DNA from: Saprolegnia diclina VS20
Taxonomy: Eukaryota
Assembly (NCBI RefSeq): GCF_000281045.1
Contig: NW_008246076.1
Span: 607,547 to 668,718 of the forward strand
Direction: 5' to 3'
Length of the DNA stretch: 61,172 nt
In this document: positions 1 to 11,394 of the stretch, in pieces
Numbering within the stretch: the stretch's first letter is position 1
Layout: the number at the start of each line of letters is the position of its first letter
Translations under genes and position numbers: made by a program
Notes under the pieces: model-generated
Databases searched by the model: none
What the model saw: the letters and a program-made list of their open reading frames with translations, nothing else
Told to the model about the DNA's origin: nothing

Positions 1-146
1 ATCGCCGTGGACTGGAACTTGATGTCGCGGCACACAATGCCGCGCACGAGGCGAAGGAGCGAGCGCCGAGTGAGGACAAAGGCGTGGCGTTGCGTAGGCG
101 TGCGAGCGAGGTGCTGCTTGGGAGCGTGCTGCTTGGGGCGGGCCAT
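1..146 (-). CDS. Divergent histone H3-like protein, 5' part (runs off the window start)
   Basis: The reverse strand from ATG 146 reads MARPKQHAPKQHLARTPTQRHAFVLTRRSLLRLVRGIVCRDIKFQSTA. The start resembles H3 MARTKQ, and RLVRGI..DIKFQSTA matches H3 helix1-loop1 (RLVREI..DLRFQSTA). Not in the ORF track. Confidence 0.7.
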   Translation of the reverse strand, partial: MARPKQHAPKQHLARTPTQRHAFVLTRRSLLRLVRGIVCRDIKFQSTA

Positions 147-836
147 GGTCAGTCGATTTTCCAAATGAGAATGCTCGCAGGTGCACTCGAGCTGCGTTGG
201 ACCTGTGCCCAAACGGGTGAAAATGAAAATGAAAATGATGACACCACCACTCAACACCAATGCCTCTATGACATACAGGAGCTTGCTACTGCTGCCCTGA
301 GCGCAATATTGTCATGGCAAACCCGATCTACGAAGGTACCCACAGCGCGTCAACAGATATACTGGTGGATGCTTGTCGACGTCGACGATGCTGGTAGAAG
401 CAGCCACCGAAGGCCCACGCAGCGAGCGACGACAACGCACGTTCATGTCGGCGCCACCCACGACCTATTATGTACGTGCTCTTGCCGTCGATAGCACGAG
501 AACAGCGCTCTCCAGTCGTCGCAGGACCCCGAATCCTCGTGCGATCGACCACTTCTGCCAGACACCACAGAGTGCCACCACAAGTGGGTCTTAATAGTGA
601 AGAAGACATTCTCGACCCGCAGCTGCAGGTCTTATACCTTGGCAGCAGCCCAAGTAGCGTTGCGTGGTAAGGTCTAGAAGCGGAGTTAGGGGATATGCGT
701 CGACGATCGCCGCTGCCCAGCATGAACTGTTGATGGGCATTTGGATCGAATTTGAATTTACCACATAAATCACACGTCGTTTCACAATTTACCACGTGCG
801 GGTGGAAAACCCCGCAACAGGATCTGCGTATTTTGC

Positions 837-3330
837 ATGGGATCCAAGCACAGCGTCGTGAAGAAGACCGAGCCCAAGCCGCGCCTCCGCTCGCCCGACG
901 AGCGCGTCCAGCAGCTCGAGCAGACCGAGGCCGCGCTCGAGAAGGAGCAGCGCGAGCGGGCGCCTGAGGTCGAAGCGCCCCCGAGCCAGCATGAGACCAA
1001 GCTCGAGTCGTACTCTGCTCAAGTCGCGGGCATGCAGAGCTTGGACGAGGCGGCAACCGTCAGCTTAACGGCCGACGTTCGGCGCCTTGCAGAGGACCGC
1101 GCGTTGCATGTGATGCAGCAGCGACTCAACGCGGTCCCGCACGTCGATGACGCGACCTTTGAGCCCATTCCAGGACCTCTCCACTTTGACGAGCGCGACT
1201 TTCCGTTCATGCGGCTCACGCCCGGTCGGCTTCGGGACGGGACGCTCGTGCTGCGCATCCAGCTCGAGTTCCCATTCAAAAACGACGAAGAGGCTCGACT
1301 GCGCTTGAAGCAGACCCTGGCCATCATGCACGCGTATGTCCTTGCATTTGCCTGGACCCATGCCCAACGTTTTGTAGGCTCGATGGCGGCGACGGTACGC
1401 TCCTGCGGCTCATCGGTGGCTGCGACCTCGACTCGGACGACCCGATCGCGTACGTCGAACACGTCACGGGCATTGGCCTCAGCACGTACCTCATGAACCA
1501 GCAAAACGCGACGTGGGCCGAGAAGCTCTGGATCGCGTCGCAGGTCGCCAAGGCCATTGCGCACATCCACAACGTCGAGTGTATGCACCGCGACGTCTCG
1601 TGGTCCCGCATCTTTGTCGAGGCGACTGGCAACGTCACGGTCTTTGCCAGCTTCATGCTGCGCCAAGTTCAGGCGTACGAGTCGTACCTCTCCTCTGGCA
1701 TCGCGGAGCACCGCTGGGGCGCCCCCGAGACACTGGCGACGGCTGACGGCAGTGCCACAACGTCTACAGACAAGATCGACATCTTTGGTCTCGGTCTCAT
1801 TCTGATCTCGCTCGTCACCCGAGACCTCCCGTTCACGTACATCATGAAGCGCTCTGGGCGGGGGGGTCCCATCGATGACGACCTCCTCGCTGCCCGACTG
1901 GTGAAGCGCGAGACGGCGATCCCAATGCTGACGCAGCCGTTTGAGCACGAGTGCGAGTGCCCGTCAAAAGAGTACAAGACGCTCGCGTTTGAGTGCATCA
2001 CGTACGACCCCGAACGTCGGCCGACAGCGCCCGAGGCGGCTCGCCGGCTCGAGACGATCCGCCACGCGTACAGCGGAGGGACCATCAAGACGCCCGACAA
2101 CGCCAAGGTCGACCTTACGATCGAGCTCCTCAAGACATCTGGGGTGCTCTACGTACCGGATTTTGGGGACTCGTACGACATGTGGTGCGAAATCAAGATC
2201 GACGACGGGAACTACTACCCGATCCAGCTCGAGCCCGTCACCGGTAGCGCCGACCATCTCTTCAACCAGGAAGCGACGCTGAAGGACATTGAGCCGCTCT
2301 CGCATTCGGTCAAGCTGGTTCACAAGACATCACCGACCTTTACGAGCACCCAGACGATCGGAAAGGTCTCGATCCCGCTCATGGACCTCCTCACGCTCGA
2401 AGACAGCTTGACGGCATTGCGCAAGAAGACGTTTGTGATCTTCAAGGAAGGTGACATCGTCGGTGTCGTTGAGATTGCTGTGCGGTTCGGAGCGCGCCTC
2501 CGCGGGTATCTCGAGCTCTTCGAGCGGCAGACGACCGAGCACTTGCGCAACAACACCGAAGACGGGCAGTCGACGCTCGATCTGCGCAAGAAGCGCGACT
2601 TGGCGGCCCAAGCGCTCGGGCTGCCCTCGCTCATCAACACCCGACGCCCTACGCCCCGCGAAGAGATCAACTTTACCGGGGTTGTCGCCGCCCTGCCGCT
2701 CAAGCATCCAGTCAGAATGACACCGAATGTACCGTCATTGGCGGGACTCACGGCATCGGCCAAGCGGCTCGAGACGGTTGGTCGAGAGGTATACATGCAC
2801 TGCAACCTATAAGAACTTGGTTAACTTTGGTTGCGCGTAGTTGCGCCTCCACACAGCTGCAAGCAACGGCGAGCTCGATGAAGTCGACGCGCTTCTGAAA
2901 GAGAAGGTCGATCCAAACTGCAGTGAGAAACTGGTACGTGTTCCCTTGCTCCGTCAACAGTGTTCCATATACAATAACATTTAGTTGGCTCGCACACCCC
3001 TTCACAGTGCAAGTTTGCGGGGCAATGTGGCCGTCGTGAAAAGGCTGCTTCAAGCCGACGCCAACATCAACGCTTTGGAAGCGGTACGATCTCGCCATGC
3101 CCGAGTTCCAATACGCAATCGATGTTGTGCGTAGAACGGCTGCACTCCGCTGGACTTGGCCACACGTGCTGGTCACCTCGACGTATGTGCGCTGCTTCAA
3201 GCCGCAGATACGTCGTTTCAGAGCAAAGTACGTCGTCTGTTCTTGTATCGAGATAGCTCACTAGCGTTGTCTCTTGTAGTCGGGTGGAGCAAAAGGTACC
3301 AAGTTTTGCCCTGAGCCAAACATGCCTTGA
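837..3330 (+). CDS. Myristoylation motif / coiled coil - pseudokinase - C2 - three ankyrin repeats (6 exons)
   Basis: N-terminus MGSKHS. GT-AG introns at 1334-1377, 2789-2840, 2934-2984, 3084-3134 and 3228-3279 keep the frame. Kinase remnants HRDVSWSRI, WGAPE, DIFGLG and PERRP. C2-like strand pattern LTIELLKTSG..IGKVSIPL..GVVEIAVRF. Ankyrin exons LHTAASNG, TPLHSASLRG and TPLDLATRAG. Stop at 3328-3330. Confidence 0.8.
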
Positions 3331-3552
3331 GACGATGCTCGGATCTTTGTTGGCATTTCATTGGTATAGTAGTATAACATTGAGTAGCGTATTCACCTTG
3401 CTGGATTGTTGCTGTGTATCAACTGCGTTTCGCTCTTTCAACTTGATACTAATGGGCTCGTCCAGTGTTGTTTTCATTTTCAATTTATCAACTAGCAACC
3501 TGTAGCTACCAAGCGCACTGCAAGCAAGAACGATGGTTGACTGTCGTCAGCA

Positions 3553-4003
3553 ATGCAAGTGCCAAGACGGACTCCGATCTTGATGGAGCAAACCGTCTTC
3601 AACAAGCCGTCGACTTCGTGCGACGAACGCACCCAAAAGCTAGAGCTAGAGCTTGCTCGTATGAAGGCTCTACTCGGGCAGGAGGATGACGTCGATGCAC
3701 CCGTCCGCCAGCACGAGCTTGAGCCTGATTCGCGTTTGCCCAGCCATTCGCTGTCAACCACGACGACGCTCGGCGAATGAGCGCATTGTTTCTCATGTAG
3801 CAGCGCCTGCGCGCAGGCCCAAAATCGACGATGCAGCCTTCCAGCCCATTTCAGGTCCACTGCACGTCAGCGTTGTTGCCATTCGCGTCACACACACTTT
3901 GTCGGCTTCACGACGACACTCGTTCTACGCGTCCAGCTCGCAGACGCCCGCAAGGGCGATGGATCTGCGTCTGCGCTTCAAGCAGCATCTGGACATCATT
4001 TGA
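3553..4003 (+). pseudogene. Degenerate, frameshifted copy of the 5' part of the 837-3330 gene
   Basis: DERTQKLE vs DERVQQLE, KIDDAAFQPISGPLH vs HVDDATFEPIPGPLH, and LRLRFKQHLDII vs ARLRLKQTLAIM. The matches are spread over different frames and end in stops. Confidence 0.7.
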
Positions 4004-4136
4004 AAGAGCCGAACCAACCTCATTTGCATCGCACTAGTAACGACATGTCTCGCCGTCCCTCGCTGTCTACCCACAGAAACAGCGACTACCGGAGCCTCTG
4101 CTTCCATGGTTAGAGGTATAGACCATTTACATAACG

Positions 4137-7100
4137 TTACAGAAGCTCCGACTTCATCATGGACGGGATCACAGACCGCGCAAACGGAAGCAAGTCCTTC
4201 TCCACGAGGTGGGCAAACCGCTTGGTGATCTGCGGCAGCTCGGTGAGGTACCGAACGTTAGCGATGCGCACAAGGCACTCGCAAAACTGCGCATACGACA
4301 AGCACGTCACCGTGTCCTCTGCGATAGATGAGCTCTAGAATCAGAAAGATCGACGTACTGTCTTTGGCAAAACAGCACTTTTGTATCATGAGGAGGAGGT
4401 CGTCGCGTGTCAGTAGTGGTGTCATGAAATTGCAGTCGCTACGTCGTTGTTATGTCCTGCCGCAAAATGACGAGAAAATACCCTGCAAATGTGAGAAACA
4501 CGGGCAGCGCGAGGCTTTTTCCTGGTGCCAGGTGCTTGTAGACGCTCTTGAGCACACGTCCATGGCTCGTTGCCGTAAGCTGCAGCATGTTGAGCTCCTT
4601 GGTATTGTCCTACATTGGAAATGTGCAAAATGGGTGTTTCTAGCTTTGGTCGACCGGTCCGACGAGGTCCATCACATTCATTTTGAGCGACTTGACAGAC
4701 CGCTTGTCGTTGAGGGACGTGACGATTGGTAAGACACGTAGCAATTCGTCGCGCTCCGTGAGGTACTTGTTGGCTTCCTTTCGCAGCACTTCTTTGTCGC
4801 GCTTGAGCAGCGAGATCTGATGACGTGTTTTTAGACAATGCCATTTTTGCTTATGACAACCTGTGCACGGAGCGTGTGGATGTGGCTCTGAGCGCCTTCG
4901 CGCTGCATGGCATCTACGATCGCTTGCTGGCGCGCCTTTTCCTTGTCGGCAGACAACGTCGCAATCATCTCGTCTTTTTGAGCGAGGGCGTCGACATGCA
5001 GCACTTCCTACACGCAACTTTGATCTCTTTAGGACCCTCGTGCAGTTGACTACAGTCTGGTGCAATTGCTTGAGCTGTTCATTGCAGTTTTCGAGCTCGC
5101 GCCGCAGCGAAATGTCCTCGGCCGTGTTGCGTGCAACGAGCACCTCGATCGCTTGCGCTTGTTTCTAGATAAAGTGTTGAATAAATATCGAGCATCGATT
5201 CGGATCAAAACGACTCTGATGATGGCCATGGCCCGCGTCTCGCGCTCTTCTGAGGTCATGCACAGCCGCGCCGCTTGCTCCATTTCTCGTTCTTCCAGAC
5301 AGCGCATGTCGGCCAGCGTTTTTTCCATCGCGATTTTGGTTGCCATTGCAATCTTGGTTTGCTCGGACGACCGATGCGCTGCCTCTTCTGCGACAATGCA
5401 TTTTTCCTAAACAACTCACCATGAAGTTTCCATCGCATCGTTAGACCACGGTAACCTTTTGGTCCACAAGCTCTTCGCGGTAGTCTTCGACCTGGCGCGC
5501 TAAATCGACGAGCAGTGCGGGTCGGCACGCTCGGTGCGTCTACGCATCCATCGATATTATAGCCACCAGCTTGGGCAAGTCTACGGACAGGAACGTGCAT
5601 GCGGCAAGCGGTCTCGCATTGCAGGGCCGAGAGCTTGGTGACAAACCGTCCGTCACGAAAAAATTTGGACGGTGACGCGTTCGTGTAGCGTGGTGACCGG
5701 TCGGCGCTGACGAGGCCTCGTGTCCACGAATCATTGCCGAGTGTGACGTCGCCATTGGCCAACGACGGAAAGCTACGCGCCAGGATCAACTGAGATATAT
5801 CACTCGACAAAAAATGATCGAGACCGTGGGTTTTGAAGCTGGGGACTTGGTGGCGCGTCCTTGGCCTTCAGCTCACGAGGCGTTGTCCTTGGGCTCGGCG
5901 CAAGTCGCCGGGCTCGGTCGCGGTGGTACTACCAGATCATTTTGGACTCGGGGTCAATGTGCCGCAGCGCATCCCATGACGGCAGTGGCTGGTTTTGCCA
6001 GGACACACCAAGAATCGCTGTAAAGTACACCTCGTCATCGTGGGCACCAATGATAAACTCGCACACGAGGCCTACGCTTCGTCGTCATCAAGACCATAGT
6101 TAAGGCAGCGTACGTACCTTGGATACGCTGGGCCCGCGCGCCTTTGCGACTGTTGATGGTGGTTGCAAGCGAGGTTGCTATGTGCTTCATGCGCATGATG
6201 GGCGACACGATCTTGGCTTCTTCCGTGCCCAAGGAAACGTGAAAGTTGAAGGACGCTTGCGGGTTGTTGAAGAGGTGGTGCCGCTGGTCATTCACCGAGG
6301 TGCTACTGTCGGCCATGACGCCGCAGCCCTACCCGACATGACCACATGTTTACGTGACACAATATGTACTTTGGCCAAATTGTAGCGCTTGGAATACTGC
6401 GCCAAGAACGCCTCGCACATGCTCGGGCTCGCGGTTTTGCCGTCGTCGCTGACGATTGGCAGCGAATACGATACAATATACCTACACGCAGCGTTTGGAA
6501 ATGACGAAGGGATCGATCAAGGTGACGACCGCTTGTCATCGAGAGGTTTGATGTAGCGCTGCAGACAAAACGGCGGCACCGGTGGGTCCAAGCTCGAGTC
6601 ACTCGCGATCATCGGCGCCACCGCATGCGCATTCATTTGTGTACACAATGTCTATACACTTTTTCAATATACATGCAACAGCCTATCATACCTCGAGTTG
6701 CGCACGCGAAATCAAGTGCGACGTGAACCCAAACCGGCAAATGGCGACCGGCGCGTCCCCGACATGACGGCTGCCGAGTGCGTCCAAAATCGCATTCGGT
6801 GCCACGTGCTACGTCCATTTTGCATCATTTTTCATTGCATTTGGTTGCATACATGCGTGGCCTTTCGTCGCAAGATGCCGCTCGCGCCAGAGTGATACCA
6901 GAGGCTCGGGCTCCTACACCCATCATGACGCAAAACCCAAACATCGATGACGCACCCCGTGACGGGACTCAGAAAGATCGTGTCGGGCAACAAGAGGTGC
7001 ACAGGCGTCGTCATCTACGCGCCAAGTTACTCATAGCCAAAAAAAAGTGCGAAAAATGACCTCGGCAACGGGGCAAATCGCTTGGAAGAAGGAGAGCCAG

Positions 7101-7228
7101 TGCACCGCGCTGTCGACCACCGGCAGGTCAGCTTGCAGCGACTCGCGGAACCGTGTCGGGCGCACGGGGCTCACGGTTGGCGGCTGCGGCGCCGCGTACC
7201 CCGGCTTGGGCGGCGACGTTGGCAGCAT
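4137..7228 (-). CDS. Multi-exon hypothetical protein with a long coiled coil (possibly two genes)
   Basis: Protein-like exon fragments MLPTSPPKPGY.., MTTPVHLLLPDTIF.., heptad-rich MATKIAMEKTLADMRCLEERE.. and ELENCNEQLKQLHQ. Last exon ends LSYAQFCECLVRIANVRY..PSMMKSELL*. Exon joins were not fully resolved. Confidence 0.45.
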
Positions 7229-7876
7229 CCACGTCTAAAAATAGATTTCTGAGTTCCTCCCATACTTGATATTGCCCTTTGCACCCAAAGTTGCACAATA
7301 TTGTCTGCATTTGGCGTCCGGCGCTGTGGCGATATTGTCGGGATCGCTGTAGTCTTATCTAGCTAGAATTGGGTGCATACACCAATTCTTGCGTCTCCAA
7401 GATATACAGAGAGAGGAAGAATCCTTCGTGCTCGATTGCTGCGTCGTCGAGCGGACTTGAATCGAGAATCGAGATGCTCATATTTTAGCTAGTGAACCTT
7501 TGTACGGGTTGCACTCTTCTTCTTTTCCCATTGGTGCTTCCACGTATGGCGAACGCAGCGACGCGAGATCCAGCGCTTCATTTTGCAAGGGCCTCGTCAG
7601 GCTGGATGCTTGCCTTTTAAAATGAATACTCGTCCAGTCGACCGCCTACAGGAGCGACCCACAACCCCGTTGCAAGCAGCTATAGCATGTACATAGTCGC
7701 CATCAAGTAGAAAGTCCGGTGGCCACTGTGTCTTTGCCAGTATGGCGGGTCGCTCGCCATGTTAGCTTGCTCCTCCGATATCCAATCCGCCAACGGAAAC
7801 CTCTATCTATGCATAGCATACAATATGAATTGTGAGAGGTACTCACCACCGCAGCGTGTTTTATTCCCAAAGAGCA

Positions 7877-10302
7877 ATGGATTACGGAGGCCTGTTGCCG
7901 ACGCGCCCGACCGAGGAGCTCGACCGGACGCCGGCGGCCGTTGCCGAGCGTGCGCAGCTTGCGATTGCCGCGCCGGGCGTGCGCCCGTCCTTCCGCCGGG
8001 TCGGCCGCTCCATGAACATTGCGCGGACCCTCGGCGAGCGCGAGGCAGGGCTATCGCGCCGCCAAGCGTTTCCGAGCGAGACGATCTGGGCCGAGAACGA
8101 AGCCTCAACCAAGGTTCGCCGACCGCATGGCCGAGCGCAGACACCTCATGGCGTATGTAGCACGAGTGCGCGTACTTTGACATGCCACCGACGACCAAGT
8201 CGGCCATCTCGATCGCATTTAGCCCCGACGGGTACGACGCTGCTCGCGACCATGTATGCACTGGCGCCGATAGGAAGACGTTTGCATCGACGCACGGCGA
8301 CCACACGGTCAAGATCATTTGCTACCGCACGGGCAAAATTCTGCAGGTACCTTGGTCCACGATGAGCGAGAATGCACCGTGGCATGATGTGCGTAGACGC
8401 TCGTGGGCCACCCGCGCACGCCGTGGAGCGTCAAGTACCACCCGACCAACCCGCGCTACGTCGCGTCCGGCTGCCTCGGCTTCCAGATCCGGTATGTTTT
8501 TCAACTGGCGTGACATTGCACTTAGGCGATCGTAGGTTTTGGGACGTGTACTCGGGCCAGTGCCTCTACGAAGCGACGCTGCGCCACGCAATCATCTCTG
8601 TCTCGTTCCACCCGTCGGGCAACATCATTGGCATTGCCAGCGGGACATGTGTGTACACGTGGGACTACCAAGTAGGCATTGCTAGCTTGGCTTTGACGCG
8701 TGATGAGATGTACCGATAGCACTCGCTGCCGCGGATAGCCATGTTTAGCTACCAAACGTTGCGATCCGTCTCGTTCCTTCCGGACGCCAACAAGCTTTTG
8801 ATTGGCGAAGCCAACGAGAAATATGGGGTTTGTTTGTCTATTTCCACTTGCATTTTCATGATTTGTTGTCTTTTACGTAGCGTCCGCTGGGCGCCGTGCC
8901 CGCCGACCTTACCGTGACGCTGACAATGTGGGACTACGACCCAATGTGGTCAACGTCGGTCGAGCCGATGGCGACCCGCGCCATGTTCAATGTACGCATT
9001 CAGTTGCTTTTGGCTCGACTCGGAGGTGAATACTATGCTAGCCCCGCGTCCTGCTGTCCCACGCACTTTTGTACAACGACGGCGGCTTTGACATCTCCAA
9101 GTGCGGCCAATACCTCGCTGTCTGCACCGACTACTCGCTCTGGCAAGCCGAGCGCGAAGCCGAAATGGACTCGCAACACGACGTCGACGAGATCCAGCAG
9201 CGCGCAGCCGCCGTCCCGTACGTCTAGTTGCTCGTCTGGCCCGTTGACATGGCTGCGAGTAGGCCCTCGGTGCCATCACCGCAGCCCCACATTCTAGAAA
9301 ACGTGGCGGCCTCCGAGATCCTCTCGCTGTCGCAGCTCCGGCATCAGTCGCACCGGTTCTACGTTGTGCAGTCGTCCTCGACGTATACAACAACGACGTC
9401 TAAAAGCTGCTATAAGGACTCCATGAGCGTAGGGACCAGTCTTTGCAAGGCCACTTGCGCCGCCGACCGGGCACGCCCGAGCAGTACACCACGCGCCGAC
9501 TGCGGCAGCGTACCGGTATCGACAAGTTGCGTTATAACGAGTCGTAACCATGAGTCGACTAGATTCCCAGCACGCTCTCCGACTGAGCTTGGAGACACCG
9601 TCCACGACAACGACGAATGACGACGCGGCGTCGACGGCCGTGCCATGCCGCGTGGCCCAGATCCGGCCGCATATTGCGTCGAGCCGCACGCGGCTCTCAA
9701 TGACGCAGCGCGCCCAGCGGTATACATCCATATTGCAAACGTATCGTCGCATAGTAAGGTGCGGTTAGGGGACAACTGGCGCCGCACTACCAGTCGACAT
9801 GGCTCGCGCTCATCTCTCTAAGTGACGAGACCTTTGGCAACGTGGTGCAGACGACGCTGCTGGCCGAGACGGCGGCGGGCGGCGTGACATCGGTCAAGTT
9901 TAGCCCCACAGGCGCGTACGTGCTCCTTGGCTACGGCGTGCGCGATCGCATCCAGCGGTACGCTTTCCATGTTGCAGTTTGTGTTTTGTATCAATGTATC
10001 GATGTTGTAGCATCAATCAGTTTCCGCTGCACCGCGTGACGCGCATTTACCGCTGGGAAGACATGACGCTCGTGTCGCACATGGAGTCGGAGGTCGACGA
10101 CGTCAACATTGCGCTCTTCCACCCGCTGCCGGGGCACGGGTTCATTTACGGCACCAAGCAAGGCCGCCTCCGCGTCTGTTATGCGTACCGAGGTCACTTT
10201 AGCGACGTCGAGAACGACAATGCGCTCCGAGAGACGCTCGACCTCCAAGCTCTCTTTGCACATCGCGGCGCCGACTTTGCGATGCAGCAACACGACGACT
10301 AG
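7877..10302 (+). CDS. AMBRA1-like WD40 repeat protein (multi-exon)
   Basis: Spliced motifs SIAFSPDG/FASTHGDHTVKI, GHPRTPWSVKYHPTNPRYVASGCLG, ISVSFHPSG, VTSVKFSPTGAYVLLGYG and VNIALFHPLPGHGFIYGTKQG are characteristic of the AMBRA1 family. Confidence 0.85.
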
Positions 10303-11394
10303 GCAGCGTTGTGCATAATATAATTGGTGACGCAATCTCGAACGAGAGAGAGAAGGTCGTGGAGCTCTGTGTGGCCTGTGCCCAGAAGACAGACACGCCG
10401 ACGCACGAGGTAAATGCACATTCCGCGTCCTCGCCATATGCTGCTAACGTTAGTATAAAGCGCTTACTTGCCTGATGGGCTTTAGCACTATGGCCTGTTC
10501 GCTTGGAGTGCTTCTTGTGGCCAGCAAAGACTGCGGTGTCCATGACCTGCAAGCAAGACGTGCGCGGAGCTTGATAGCGGGCTTGACAGTCGCCTGAACC
10601 GATCCCCTGCCGCGACATAGACGTTTTGGTGATGCGGTTGCGCAACAGGAGGTGGCGCGTCTGTGTCCCGGCTCTGTCCCAGGTCCGCTCGGACCAGCTA
10701 CCGTAGGACGAGCCGTAGAAAGACAAGTGCCTTCTTCTACGCTGTAGAATCGCGCTTGACATTGCAGAGGATAGCGACGTCGTCTATCGTACGTGTATAT
10801 GTGTGCGGCATTCGTCCATGTGGCCAAAGCCGGGCGGGGAATCACATCTGTGGTGACTGCTTTTCTGATCCAACGGTGACTAATCCCACCGCAGACAGGC
10901 GCCAAGTGGGATTACTCGTCTCTCGCGGGAGAAGTCTCATCAAACGACAACGACAGAATCATCATACTAAGTGCGACCGACGGCTTGGCTGCAGTCGAAA
11001 GCTAGCGAATGCGAGTATGAGTCCGACGAGCTTTCATGCGATCAAATGAAATAGAAAAAAATGAGCGCATCAACGCCTCGAACCACTGGCCGTTTGCGTA
11101 TCACTCTCTCGCACCAAACAGTGATATTTGACGTTATGCAGCAGTCAATCACTAAAACTAGCCGCAAAGAGCGGGAAGGTGCAATGAGTGACTCACTATC
11201 AGGCGTCACTAGCGCCAAGGGTTCGCTGCCAGTAGCACCCTGGTCAAGGCCCAGGCCTCTCGAATATGCATTCCAAGCTGAGCTGATCTGTGGCTGCTTC
11301 GTGGGTATCGTCTACACACGTGGCGCGTATCCTCCTCTGAGAAAGCACCAACAAAGAAGAGTCCCACCGTGTAGCCCAAGTGGGTGCAAGTGCA

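Noticed and set aside
328..780. Cys-containing minus-strand ORF (KTCSCGSRM..TCGG) as a zinc ribbon or transposon relic
   Set aside because: No further supporting motifs, and the ORF's 5' half is antisense to the kinase gene.
10450..11380. ORFs between the AMBRA1-like and FBT genes
   Set aside because: No coding-like composition or recognisable domain; treated as intergenic.
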